The notes under the pieces: generated by a model
What the model saw: the letters and a program-made list of their open reading frames with translations, nothing else
The model's database searches: none
Told to the model about the DNA's origin: nothing
Source: Squalus acanthias
Taxonomy: Eukaryota
NCBI GenBank assembly: GCA_030390025.1
Contig: CM059432.1
Location: 94,366,001-94,426,000 of the forward strand
Reading direction: 5' to 3'
DNA length: 60,000 bases
Shown: piece by piece, positions 25,835-37,491 of the stretch
Layout of the letters: each line of letters opens with the position of its first letter
Numbering within the stretch: the first letter of the stretch is position 1
Program-made: the position numbers and the translations under genes

Positions 25835-27205
25835 GGGCTCAATAATAACCCAGAGGCAGGTTCTGAGTGGGGGTGGGGGTGGCGCGTGGGCGATAGCGGG
25901 CGTGAAACTCGGTAGAAGTTTTGGTACGTCAGAATGTCTGATTTCAACATGGATACCTAATTATCATTTTACTTCCGGGTTTTGCATCCCCAATGCGTGT
26001 CAGCGGGCATGGCTCAATCTCAACTCGACTATTTAAAGGGCCAATTCAAAGATGGAACTTGGAGGAGTTGGGAGGGTTTGCATAGAAACGGCAATTGTAC
26101 AAGATGGACTCAGGATGCTCAAAGGCTGCACCCCGCTTTAAAGATGCCTCATTTGAAGTACTGCTGGGGGCAGTAAGGAGTACGAAGGAGATAATCTTCC
26201 CCAGCAATGGGAAGAAGAACTCTGCTGCTGTCATGAAAAATATGTGGTTAGAGGTGGCTGAGGAGGTCAGCAATAGGATTATTGTAGCCCGTACCTGGAT
26301 CCAGTGCAGGAAGCACTTTAATGACCTAACCAGGTCAGCAAAGGTGAGTACAGTTGCAGATTCACCTACATCCTGTAGTGCAGATCCCCACCTCACTCTG
26401 TCTTGTCAATCCTTATGCAATGTGATGCATCTGCCTGATTGTTGCCCTTACCAAATGCACTGCATCCATTGGGTGAACACATGTCTTACAGACAGTCGTA
26501 GGTCTGTCGTTCCCCGTTGCAAGAGAAACGAGCACAGAACACAGTCGCACATAGTGCAGCTAACACCTTCAGAGGAAGTGGCCAAGGATATCAGTGGCAT
26601 ATCTGCGTCCTTGAACATTGGAGATGGAGAGACTGGGACTTCGCAGATGCCTGATGACAGAATTAAATATCTCTGACCCACATCTCGTACAAGACTGTCA
26701 TGTGTACTTGATTTCAGCAACTAGTGAAATATAATCATTTTAATTGTGCTAAGTAGCAACATTCTTACATTGCCAGTACCAATTTATATCCATCTCTTCT
26801 CTCCTCCAGGACCTTCACACGTACAACAGCAGTCCGTGGACTTCCCAGACGACGATTTCTCAGAGGAGCTGATTCCTTCTGAGGGTGCACCGTCATAGGA
26901 CATACGCCAATCATGCACCAGTGCAGGTACGCACACTTCGGTGGATCCAGTTAGAGAGTTAGGTGGGATCTCACTCAGTGAATCACAGTTCAAAAGTGAG
27001 CAAGAGCAGTGAGTGGTGGCAGGTATAGCTGTGGAGAGTCCGTGTTGCAAGGCGCATTCCTCTCCAAGCTCTACTCAGCTGGACACAGATGCCATACCCG
27101 GGGTCCATTGATGAAAAGGATAAGCACTAAGGAGCACCAGAGAAAATGCAATGTACTGAGAGGCCTTCCACACACACTGTCCACGATTGCAGAGAGAATA
27201 CAAGA
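25835..27205 (+). mobile_element. Older Harbinger relic (B-like): left end plus Myb gene, truncated by CR1
   Basis: Left end GGGCTCAATAAT. Exon 1 at 26104-26343 reads KAAPRFKDASFEVLL...RTWIQCRKHFNDLTRSAK|GTGAGT, followed by decayed exons 2-3. Confidence 0.8.
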
Positions 27206-29802
27206 GCGTAAGAAATAGGAGCAGGAGTAAGCCATTTGGCTCTTAGTGCCTGCTCTGCCATTCAGTAAGATCATGGCTGATCTTCTACCTCAACTCCACC
27301 TTCTCACACTATCCCCATATCGCTTGATTCCTTTAATATCCAAAAAGCTATCGATCTCTGTCTTGAATTTACTCAAAGACTGAGCAGCCACAGTCCTCTG
27401 GGGTAGAAAATTCCAAAGATTCAAAACATTTCTCCTCATTTCAGTCCTAAATGGCTGACCCCTTATTCTGAGACTGTGACACCTAATTCTAGAGCAGAAA
27501 CATCCTCCCTGCATCTACCCTGACAAGCTCTTTAAGAATTTTATATGTTTCAATGAGATTATCTCTCATGCTTCTAAATTCTAGGGAATATGGGCCTAGT
27601 CTCCTCAATCTCTCCTCACAGGACAATCCCCTCATCCCAGCAATCAGTCTGGTGAACCTTCGTTGCACTCCCTCTAAGACAAGTATATCCTTCCTTAGGT
27701 AAGGAGACCAAGACTGTACACAGTACTCCAGGTGTGGTCTCACCAAGGCCCTATATAATTGCAGTAAGACTTCTTTATGCTTATACACCAATCCTTTTGT
27801 AATAAAGGCTAATTTGCTTTCCTAATTGCTTGTTGTATCTGCATGTTAACTTTCAGTGCTTTGTGTAGAAGGACACCCAGGTCCCTCTGAATACCAACAT
27901 TTCCCAATCTCTCACCATTTAAAAAATATTCTGTTTTTCTATTTTTCCGACCAAAGTGGATAACTTCACATTTCTCCAAATTGTGTTCCATCTGCCATGT
28001 TCTTGCCCACTCACTTAACCTGTCTATATCCCTTTGCAGCCTCTCTGCATCCTCCACACAACTTACTTTCCCACCTAGCTTTGTATCGTCAACAAACTTG
28101 GATACATTACATTCGGTCCACTCATCTAAGTCTTGATATAGATTGTAAATAACTGAGGCCCAAGCACTGATCCTTGCAGTTACAGCCTGCCAACCTGAAA
28201 TGACCTGTTTCTTCCTACTCTCTGTATTCTGTCTGTTAACCAATCCCCATTCCATGCTAATACATTATCCCCAATCCTATGAGCCCTAATTTTGTGTAAT
28301 AACCTGTGTGTGGTACCTTATCGAATGCTTTTTGAAAATCCAAATACACGACATCCACTGGTTCCCCCTTATCCATCCTAATAGTTACAACCTCAAAAAA
28401 CTCTATTAGATTTGTCAAACACAATTTCCCTTTCATAAATCAGTGTTGGCTCTGCCCAATCATATAATGATTTTCTAAGTGCCCTGTTACCATGTCCCTA
28501 ATAATAGATTCTGGCATTTTCCCTACTACTGATGTCAGACTAACTGGCCTATAGTACCATGTTTTCTCCCTTCCTCCTTTCTTAAATAGCGGAGTTACAT
28601 TTGCTACCTTCCAATCCGTGGGGACCGTTCTAGAATCTATGGAATTCTGGAAGATCAAAACCAATGCATCCACTATCTCTGTAGGCAACTCTTTTAAAAC
28701 CCTAGGTTGTAGGCCATCAGGTCATGGGGATTTGTTGGCTTTTAGTCCAAATAATTGCTCCAGTACTATTGCTTTACTAATACTAATTTTTTTTAAGTTC
28801 CTCATTCTCACTGGACCCTTGGTTCCCCACTATTTCAGAATATTTATGTGTCTTCTGTGAAGACAGATACAACGGGCTGGATTTTGTCAATGGGGACGTG
28901 ATGGAGGCTTAGCAGGCCAATCAAGGGTCCCTTGGATACAGGTGACGTCAGCCATTGAAATTTCATCTGTCAAGAGCTTTTGACAGATGAAATTTCAGCG
29001 GTTGACAGCTCTGTGAAGCTGTCAAACACTGACAATATGATTTCTAATGTGAGTCCCTGTACTTAGACTCAGTTAGAAATCAATCCAGCACAGAAAGCAG
29101 AGACTGCAGCTTTTGACAGCTCCGCAGCCATTCTGCTTTCTGTGCCGTGGATGTGAGGGACTCCCGACACCTTAGCCTGCAGGACAAAGTTAAGGTAAGT
29201 CCAAGTTCTTAAAACACTTTACACACACCAAACACACTTACCTCTGCACTCATGCACCCATCACTCACCTGCACACCGGACATCTCGACCCCTCCAAGCC
29301 CTCCAGACCGATGTTCGGCCTCGCTAAATCGGTGTGGTTCGGACCTGTCGGGAAGCCCACACTTCAGGGCCAAAAATAGGGATTAGGCAAAAAACTGCCT
29401 GTTAACTACCTGTTAACAGGCAGTTTATTGGCACTAATCCCCTTCCCGCCTCGGGGAGGCGGGTCCCAGCACAGGTCGGGTACCCGCCTCCTGTGAAACT
29501 GGCATGGAGGCGGGTTGGGGGCAGGATGGGTTCGGGACCCCCGAATCTGCTATTTTCCCACCCCACACGCCTTCAAACCCGCCTCCACGGGTCAGTGGAA
29601 ATTCTGCCCAAAGTATCTGTTTAATGTCTCTGCCATTTCCTTATTCCCCATTATAATTTTTCCTGTCTCTGCCTGTAAGGGACCCACGATAACTTTCGCT
29701 AATCTCTTCCTTTTTACATTCCTATAGAAGCTCTTACAATCTGTTTTTATGTATCTTGCTAGTTTACTCTCATATTCTATTTTCTCTCTCTTTATCAATT
29801 TC
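27206..29802 (-). mobile_element. CR1 LINE fragment (decayed RT), interrupted by the MITE at 28874-29609
   Basis: [13 protein letters not shown] and LVRPHLEYC; CR1 3' UTR at the left end. Confidence 0.93.
28874..29609. mobile_element. Harbinger B-type MITE
   Basis: TIRs GGGCTGGATTTT / GAAATTCTGCCC and TSD AAC/AAA. Flanks rejoin to CR1 AGATACAAAGTATCT. Confidence 0.85.
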
Positions 29803-30146
29803 ACATTTAAAGGACACATCGACTGCTTCCTCTCCTCACCCTGCTCTCCCTGATCCAGACGGCAGTTTTTATGTTCTGGTGTAGGAAAATGAGCTGTGCC
29901 AAAAATTTTGGCGTAACTTCCCATCGACTAGATCAGCATAGAAACCAGTGTAAATTTTCGCCTGTGTAACTGCAATACAGGAAATTCAAGGCCTTTCTGT
30001 CACCTTCAATTTAGTTCAATACTTTTCCCAGTTTACGCCAAAATCACTGAAAGTACTAATTAAAATCAGAATGGGTACAACTCTGGTTTCATAGCCGTGT
30101 TTCATTGCCTCTACTGTGTGTACTTCAGATGCACAATGCAGCACCC

Positions 30147-30801
30147 TTACTGTATTCGCTGCTCACGATGCGGTCTCCTCTAGATTGGGTGACCGCTTTG
30201 CGGAACACCTCCGTTCAGTCTGTAAGGGTGACCCCGAGCTTCCGGTCGCCTGTCACTTTAATTATCCGCTCCACTCCCACTCTGACCTCTCCGTCCTCAG
30301 CCTCTTACACTGTTCCAATGAAGCTCAACGTAAGCTTGAGGAACAGTACCTCATCTTTCGATTAGGCACTTTACAGCTTTCTGGACTCAACATCGAGTTC
30401 AACAATTTCAGACCATAACCTCACTCTCACATGGCAGCTGTTGATCATTCTGCCATTGCCATTTACACTTCATCTAGAGTCATCTTTTGTTTCTTAACTT
30501 GTCCCATTACCATCTCCTTTTGCCTTGCACCATCATCCCTTTTGTCTCTTAATCTCTCCTGCCTTCCATCCCATCACAGACCTTCCCTTTTGTTCTTTCC
30601 TCCCCTCCCCCCTCTCCCTGCCCCGACACTTGCTTAAAAACCCGTTACATCTCCAACTTATTCCAGTTCTGACGAAGGGTCATCGATCTGAAACGTTAAC
30701 TCTGTTTCTCTCTCTACAGATGCTGCCTGACCTGTTGAGTATTTCCAGCATTTTCTGTTTTTATTTCAGATTTCCAGCATCCGCAGTATTTTGCTTTTGC
30801 A
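30147..30801 (+). mobile_element. Penelope-like element 3' fragment (GIY-YIG C-terminus and 3' repeat)
   Basis: RLGDRFAEHL...PVACHFN...RKLEEQYLIFRLGTL..GLN; flanking direct repeat GCAGCACCC. Confidence 0.88.
30665..30701 (+). ncRNA. Minimal hammerhead ribozyme motif
   Basis: AGTT-CTGACGA-AGGGTCATCGATCT-GAAAC-GTT-AACT. Confidence 0.7.
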
Positions 30802-32146
30802 GCAGCACCCCTCCTGTTTTTTACTTTTCCACAAATTCCAACAAACAATTGTGTGTACATGATAGCATGCTCCTGCTCTCAATACAAAGCCACAGCTGAG
30901 TGCTAGGAATGGAAGCGTTCAGCTCTTAAAATCCCCCGGCAAATTCAATGCTCGGAAATAATGTCTGATTTGCTAAATGAGAAAGAAACATGAAGGGAAC
31001 AGCAAAACCAGCACCTACAGTAGGAATGTACCTGGTGACGCCACTGCTCCTGACTCCTGCAGTCGACTATCAATATTTTATGTTGCTCTGTCTCCTTTCA
31101 TAAATTATACAAGAAAAATACTCTTTAATATTCCTCTTTATCTTTCGAATATCTTTCCTTTAATGAATACAAATCATATGTTTGTTCTTCTAAAATGTAT
31201 TCATGATAATGCTTGATATCTTTTTTCAGTATTTGCAAGTCATCAAATTACTCGCTCCTCCCCATCTTAAAGCAGCCCATCTCCAGCTGACTGCACCAAT
31301 ATTGGAGAACAGTACCTGGGATACACCTGCCCATCTTTCCAAATGCACAATAACATCTCATCAACCCCATTCACTAAGATCCACATCTAACAGCTATCTG
31401 AAGTAAACGGGATTCACTGCCACCAAATGCAACGCACCAGCACAATAAATTACTGTTCTATTTGTATACAAAGTAGTGCAAAATAAGGATACTTTGGTTA
31501 CTATAAAACAAGTCTGTGAATTTGCATATTTTTAATGATTTAATGACTGTTGATATTTTTCCTGTGATTAATCCATAAGCTTTGCAAAACAATTACCATG
31601 ACATCATTATGGCTCGAGCCTTCTTAATTAGTTTCAATAGAAGAGGGATATTGATTTGCTCTGGATGTCTTACTTTAAATGTACTCTACGTAGAAGAAGA
31701 ATTGTCAGATAAAAATAATTTGCAATTTTTTAAATGAGAGTTCAAAAATATATTCATAATAATGGTGAGTGGAATGTCAAACTAAATGAACAGATACAGC
31801 AGTGCATTCCCTAAAGAACATTTCTATCGTCACTGTCCTCTGCACTAACATAAGTTTGAACTTGAGTTGGATCTGCCCTCACCAAGGTCTTGCTGAAGGC
31901 TATCACAAGCACTTGGGTATTTTCTTGTCCTCTGCCAATAATATTTTATAACAATGAAAGCTAAAATAACTTTGTCCTCTCTCATTATAATAATTTATAC
32001 AATTAATAACATTTTGTAAGTCCAACATTTTACTAGGATACATTATAAGCTGTATATTTTTGTTTCCCTTTATCATTTAAAAAAAATTCTATCCACTCTT
32101 ACCCAGTGAATACATTGGCCGGAATTTTCCCTAGCTGGGCGGGCCA

Positions 32147-32323
32147 TAAGAACATAAGAAATAAGAGCAGGAGTCGGTCATACGGCCCCTCGAGCCTGCT
32201 CCGCCATTCAATAAGATCATGGCTGATCATCGACCTCAACTCCACTTTCCTGCCCGATCTCCATATCCCTTGATTCCCCTAGAGTCCAAAAATCTATCTA
32301 TCTCAGCCTTGAATATACTCAAA
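32147..32323 (-). mobile_element. CR1-a 3' end (continues at 36604-37134 and 43628-43795)
   Basis: TAAGAACATAAGAA tail and 3' UTR; rejoins across B1 as ATACTCAAAGACTCAGC. Confidence 0.9.
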
Positions 32324-32596
32324 GGGGGCGATTTTCCCATTGGAGGCGGGTTTCAGTTTAGGGTGGGTTCCAAACCCGCCTCCACTGTCAGGTGGGAAAA
32401 ATTTGCGATTTTCCCCTAATTAGCCAGTTACTTTCAGAGGTGTGGGTTCCCCTGGGCCAATTAGTCTTTTGGGACTGAAACTCGCCCCTGCTGACGTCAC
32501 TTATCCAGCTTCATTTAGGGCTGTTTGCTGCCTTGGCTCATTCCACTGGTTTTTGGTCGATGGTGCACCACCTCCAAACTTTTATCTCATTGAAGA

Positions 32597-34605
32597 ATGG
32601 CCAGCTCCAAGGCGAGGGCCTCCCCGAGGTTCTCGGATGAGGCACTGGGTATCCTGGTTGAGGGGGCGAGAGCTTTCAGGGAGGTGCTCTTCCCCTCATC
32701 TGGGAGGAAGAGGCCTCCCAAAGAAACCAAGGCTGTGTGGGTCTAGCTGGCAAGGGATATAACCTCCAGATCAGTGTGTAGCAGGACATGGCTGCAGTGC
32801 CGTAAAAGGTTCAATGACCTTGTAAGATCAGGCAAAGTGAGTATACCTTCAGCTTGACCCTCCTTCTGCTCCCCTTCTCCTCTCATCACCAGCACACTGC
32901 AATGTCAACTTCCTCCTCCACATCCCACTTTACCCTTACAACCCTTGCACCTTTCACCATCCCTCTCACACTATGAACCCAATCACTTCACTATTCTACT
33001 ATGCTGCCCTCACACTCCCTTTCAATGTTGTGCAATGACAATGACTAACTATACTCAGGGAGGGCCCTTGGACATGGAACTTCACTCCATCTTTGTCTCC
33101 TTCTAAGCATCTATGCTCTGGACTCTCTACACTCACTCCATCATTCTCACTGCAACTCCACTTGTCTCCCTCACTGCAGGAAAAGAGAGCCCACAATAGA
33201 AGGAAAGGGCGAAGACAGGAGGAGGGCCACCTTCCCTCGCCCTTTTCACCCAGGCTGAAGAGGCGGCCATGGACATCGCCGGCGCAGAGGTGGAGGTGGA
33301 AGTGGGGGACGGACAGACGGGCGATGCAGACCAAGCTGGTGAAAGAATAGTTTTGCGTCTCTCATTTACACTGCTTGAGTGACTGAAATGGCTGCTGGTG
33401 TACATTATTAGAATGCCACTTGAGCATCTGCACTACTGCATGTGCATGCCACACTTCTGTCAAATGCCTAACCCATGCCTTTACTCCCCCACAGGACCAT
33501 CCACAGAGCCCCCCCGCCCCACCCCACTGTCGACGAGGAAGAGGCTGAGCAGCAAGACTCCTCAGGGAACCTGCAACCTCTGAGGACGCAGCGTCAGCAG
33601 ATGTAAGCGCACCCAGCACCAGCTGCAGATACACACACCTCGGTGGGACCTTCGGTTGTCGCCGTGTGTATCACATCTCACAGGTGAGCATCAGCAGGTG
33701 GTGGAGACAGGGACAGAAGTGGAGAGTCCTCGTCGGAGGTCGCAGGACTCTCCTAGCTTTGCTCCATTGCATGTGGACCCTGTGCCTCTGGGTCCATCCA
33801 GAAGGAGAGCGGTGCTGGATCTCCAGGAGCAGGTGCAGGACTCTCTGACTGGTTTTGACTCCAGGGTCACTGCGAGTGTGGGGAGGATGGAGGAGTCCAA
33901 CTCTAACATGAGCAGTGCCTTTGTGGAGGCAATGGCGTATCAACGCACCACCACGGAAAGGATGGCAATCTCCATGGAAAGGATGGCTACCTCTGTGGTA
34001 CGATGGCTACCTCTCTGGAAAGGGTGTCTACCTCTCTGGAAAGGGTGGCTAAGGTAGAGGAGAGGATGGCTACGGCCATGGAGGACCTAAGTCGCCAGAG
34101 TCTGGAAAACATGGTGAATGTTCAGAATAGACTGACATCTCTGGAGGAGCGATGCGCAGCTATTGAGCAGAGAAACCAGAGCTTTATGGAAGTCCTTTTG
34201 AGTAGGACTGCCAGTGCAGATACGGGTCCCTATGGCCCCCGTGATGTGCAGCAAGGAGCTCTCAAGCCACTTGCAAACGCTGAGGTGGACCTGGCCCATG
34301 AGAGGGAAGTTGGTGGCAGAGAACAAGGAAGTGGGGGCTCCTCTCCAAGCACTCATACTTCCATGCCACTGCGTAGCCCTTGGTCAGAGCCCCACCAGAG
34401 TCCGCACCCAACTGAGATGGGCGTCTCAGCCCCTGCACTGCCGCAGGATGAGCAGACGTTTGGCGAGCGCTCACAGGCTCAGAAACCCAGAGGACGCCCG
34501 CCAAAGGTGTCGAAGCAGGAGCAGCATGAAAGTGAGCAAGGGGCCTCCACTTCTGCTGAAGCCACAGAGGAGCACCACGTAGGAGCACGCGTACAAGAAA
34601 AATAA
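32597..34605 (+). pseudogene. B1 Myb/SANT + coiled-coil + AT-hook gene (exons about 32597-32836, 33180-33338, 33495-34605)
   Basis: MASSKARASPRFSDEAL...RTWLQCRKRFNDL with an in-frame TAG; later frameshifts; KPRGRPPK near the C-terminus. Confidence 0.82.
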
Positions 34606-34873
34606 AGCACCATTCGTCACAGGGATAGGCACTTGGGTGACTGTTTCTGTTTATTGATGAAATGCCATTCCTGTTTGAATGTATTAAAATGAGGTGATGG
34701 CAAACTGTTGGCGTGATGGCATCTGTTATTTCGGCTTAGGCAGCTCCACATTGCGGGCTCCGCGACACTTGCGTGGTCAGGTTGGTGGTCAGAGTGAAAG
34801 GAGGCCAGAGAGTCATGTCCATTGTCTATCATGTGTTAAGAAGGAGCCAAGCACATGTGCTAACATGGGCAAC

Positions 34874-36087
34874 CTATGCAAATCTGGCCAGGATGAGTAC
34901 ATCCCTTGCATCATGGGCAGCCATGTGCTCGCGTGCTGCCGCTGCTGCTGGTAGATACGCCACTGCTCAGTCCTCCTCCTCCTCCTCCTCATCTGAGGAG
35001 GCTATGAACTGAGCCACTTGCTCATCAGGAAGCTGCAAGCCACAACGCTGTGCCATGTTGTGCAGTGCACAGCAGACCACGACCATTCTGGAGGCCCTGG
35101 CTGCTGAATACTCCATCTGATCTGACAAGGCATCGGAATCGCATCTTCAGCAAGCCAATGGTTTGCTCGATGATGGACCTGGTCGAAATGCGGCTGGCGT
35201 TGTAGCGCTCCTCAGCCTCGTTAGCTGACCTGCTGATCGGCATCATTAGCCACTTCTTCAGGGGGTAGCCCTCGTCACCAAGGAGCCATCCGTTAAGTTG
35301 GTTTGGCGGATTGAAGAGTGGAGGAACACTAGAGTTCCGCAGGATGAACGAATCATGGCAACTACCACAGAACTTGGCACAAACATGCAAAATCTCCTTC
35401 TTGTGGTTACACACCAGCTGTACGTTGAGGGAGTGGAAGCCCTTGCAGTTGACAAAGATAGCTGGGTTGTGATGGGGTGCCCTAAGGGCCACATGTGTGC
35501 AGTCTATGACGCCCTGCACCATTGGCAAGCCTGCCATATTTGCAAAGCCAACTGAACGCGCGGTTAAACTTGCTTGATCCCTTGAGAAGTGGATGTAATG
35601 GTGCGCCTTTGCGAAAAGGGCATCGGTAACCTGCGTGATGCAACTGTGGGCGGCCGACTGGGAGATTCCGCAGATGTCTGCTGATGATCCCTGGAAGGAG
35701 CCTGAGGTAAAAAAGTTGAGTGCGGTGGTGACTTTGACAGCCACTGGTAAGGGGTGTCCACCCGCTCCTCTGGGCTCCAGGTGTTGGTGCAGCAGTCCGC
35801 AGATGTCTCCGACAACCTCTCGCGAAAGTCTCAGCCTCCTTTGGCACTGCTGCTCACTCATGTTGAGGTAGCTCATCCTCTGTCTATAAACCCTGAGAGG
35901 GGGGGTATCTCCTGCGGCGACGTGCTTCCATGCGCTGGTGCCTTCTGCCCTGTGCAGCATCAGGTGGGTGAGCAGGAGGTTGGCGCTCCTGCTGCTGTTG
36001 CTGCTGAGCTGCCTGGTTCTGCTGCTGCCGTGGCTGCTCCTCATCCGAATCTGAGGTCCATGATGAAAGGAAATAAATGGTTCCCAT
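34874..36087 (-). pseudogene. B1 Harbinger transposase (frameshifts near both ends)
   Basis: Core [27 protein letters not shown] and [13 protein letters not shown] lies in ORF 35025-36119; the true N-terminus MGTIYF is in another frame. Confidence 0.92.
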
Positions 36088-36603
36088 GCTGCTGGCAGAT
36101 AGCTCCATTGGGGAAGCACTCAGTCCAAGCGGGGAGAGGGTCTTCCAAGGAGGTCCCACAGTTGAGAGATAGAAGCTGCAGCACCTCCGACTTCGGTAGG
36201 CCTGCTAAAAGTGCTGAAAGACCTTTGGAACAAATGTTCTGCCACCTGCAACTGCTCCCTGATGAAAGCTCCGTTTTAATGGTGGAGCTGCAGCTGTGAG
36301 GAGGCCACCCACTTGTCAACCTGTCAGGATCAGCTGGCGTGGTTTAGGAGGGTCGTGCAACACGCACAAAATGTGGCAAAATAACAAAGGCCTTTCATAA
36401 TAGGATTATAGAGGCCCTTAACGACTATTTAAGTGTCTTAACTACCTCTCCCGACTGATGGAGGCGGGACCGAATCGCACCCATCAAACCTGCCTCCGGC
36501 AAAATTGCGCGGAGGCGGGTTCCGAACCCGCGCTCACTTTTTGTGATTTTCCCAACTATCCCGCCTCCAAACCCGCCTCTTCGGGGCTGGGGAAATCGCG
36601 CCC

Positions 36604-37134
36604 AAAGACTCAGCATGTACAGCCCTCTGGGGCAGAGAATTCCAAAGATTCACAACCCTCTGGGGGAAGAAATTCCTCCTCATCTCAGTCTTAAATGGCC
36701 TACCCCTTATCCTGAGACTATGCCCCCTAGTTCTAGACATTCCAGCCAGGGGAAACAACCTCTCAGCATCTACCCTGTAAGTCCCCTTCAGAATCTTGTA
36801 TGTTTCAATGAGATCACCTCTCATTCTTCTAAACTCCAGAGAGTATAGGCCCATTCTACACAATCACTCATCATAGAACAGTCCTCTCATCCCAGGAATC
36901 AATCTAGTGAACCTTCGTTGCACCGTCTCCAAGGCAACTATATCCTTCCTTAGATAACGAGACCAAAACTGTGCACAATACTCCAGGTGTGGTCTCACCA
37001 AGGCCCTGTACAATTGTAGCAAGACATCCTTACTCTTATACTCCAACCCCCTTGCAATAAAGGCCAACATGCCTTCCTTATTGCTTGCTGTATCTGCATG
37101 CTAGCTTTCTGTGTTTCTTGCACGAGGACACCTA
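36604..37134 (-). mobile_element. CR1-a middle part
   Basis: LVRPHLEYCAQFW and RNFFPQRVVNLWNSLP. Confidence 0.93.
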
Positions 37135-37491
37135 GGGGTAGAAATTAGGTCGCGCCCCATTTGGGGCGCAAATATCGTCCGCGCGCAAATATTAGCGCCT
37201 GGCGCTAATTATCGGCACTGACAGGAAACTTCACTTTTACCGCCCCGGGAGGTGAGTGGAGCGCTAAATTAGGCGCTGCACACCTCTCTTAAGGCGCAAA
37301 GGCCTAGGAGTGAGGCGCTAACTCAGCGCACGAGCGCAGCGCAGCTGCTGCCAGTTAGCGCGGGAACACAGACACACTGACGCCGGACACTTCTTAAAGC
37401 GGGGGGGGCCACTTGCTCCCCAGCCACACCCTGCTCATTGCAGCCTTGAATCTCAGCCTGGAGAGACCTGTAATCCATTTTGCTGCCAAGA

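Larger units (their letters stand above)
32324..36603 (+). mobile_element. Harbinger family B, copy B1 (full length, inactivated)
   Basis: TIRs GGGGGCGATTTTCCC / GGGGAAATCGCGCCC and TSD AAA. Confidence 0.93.
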
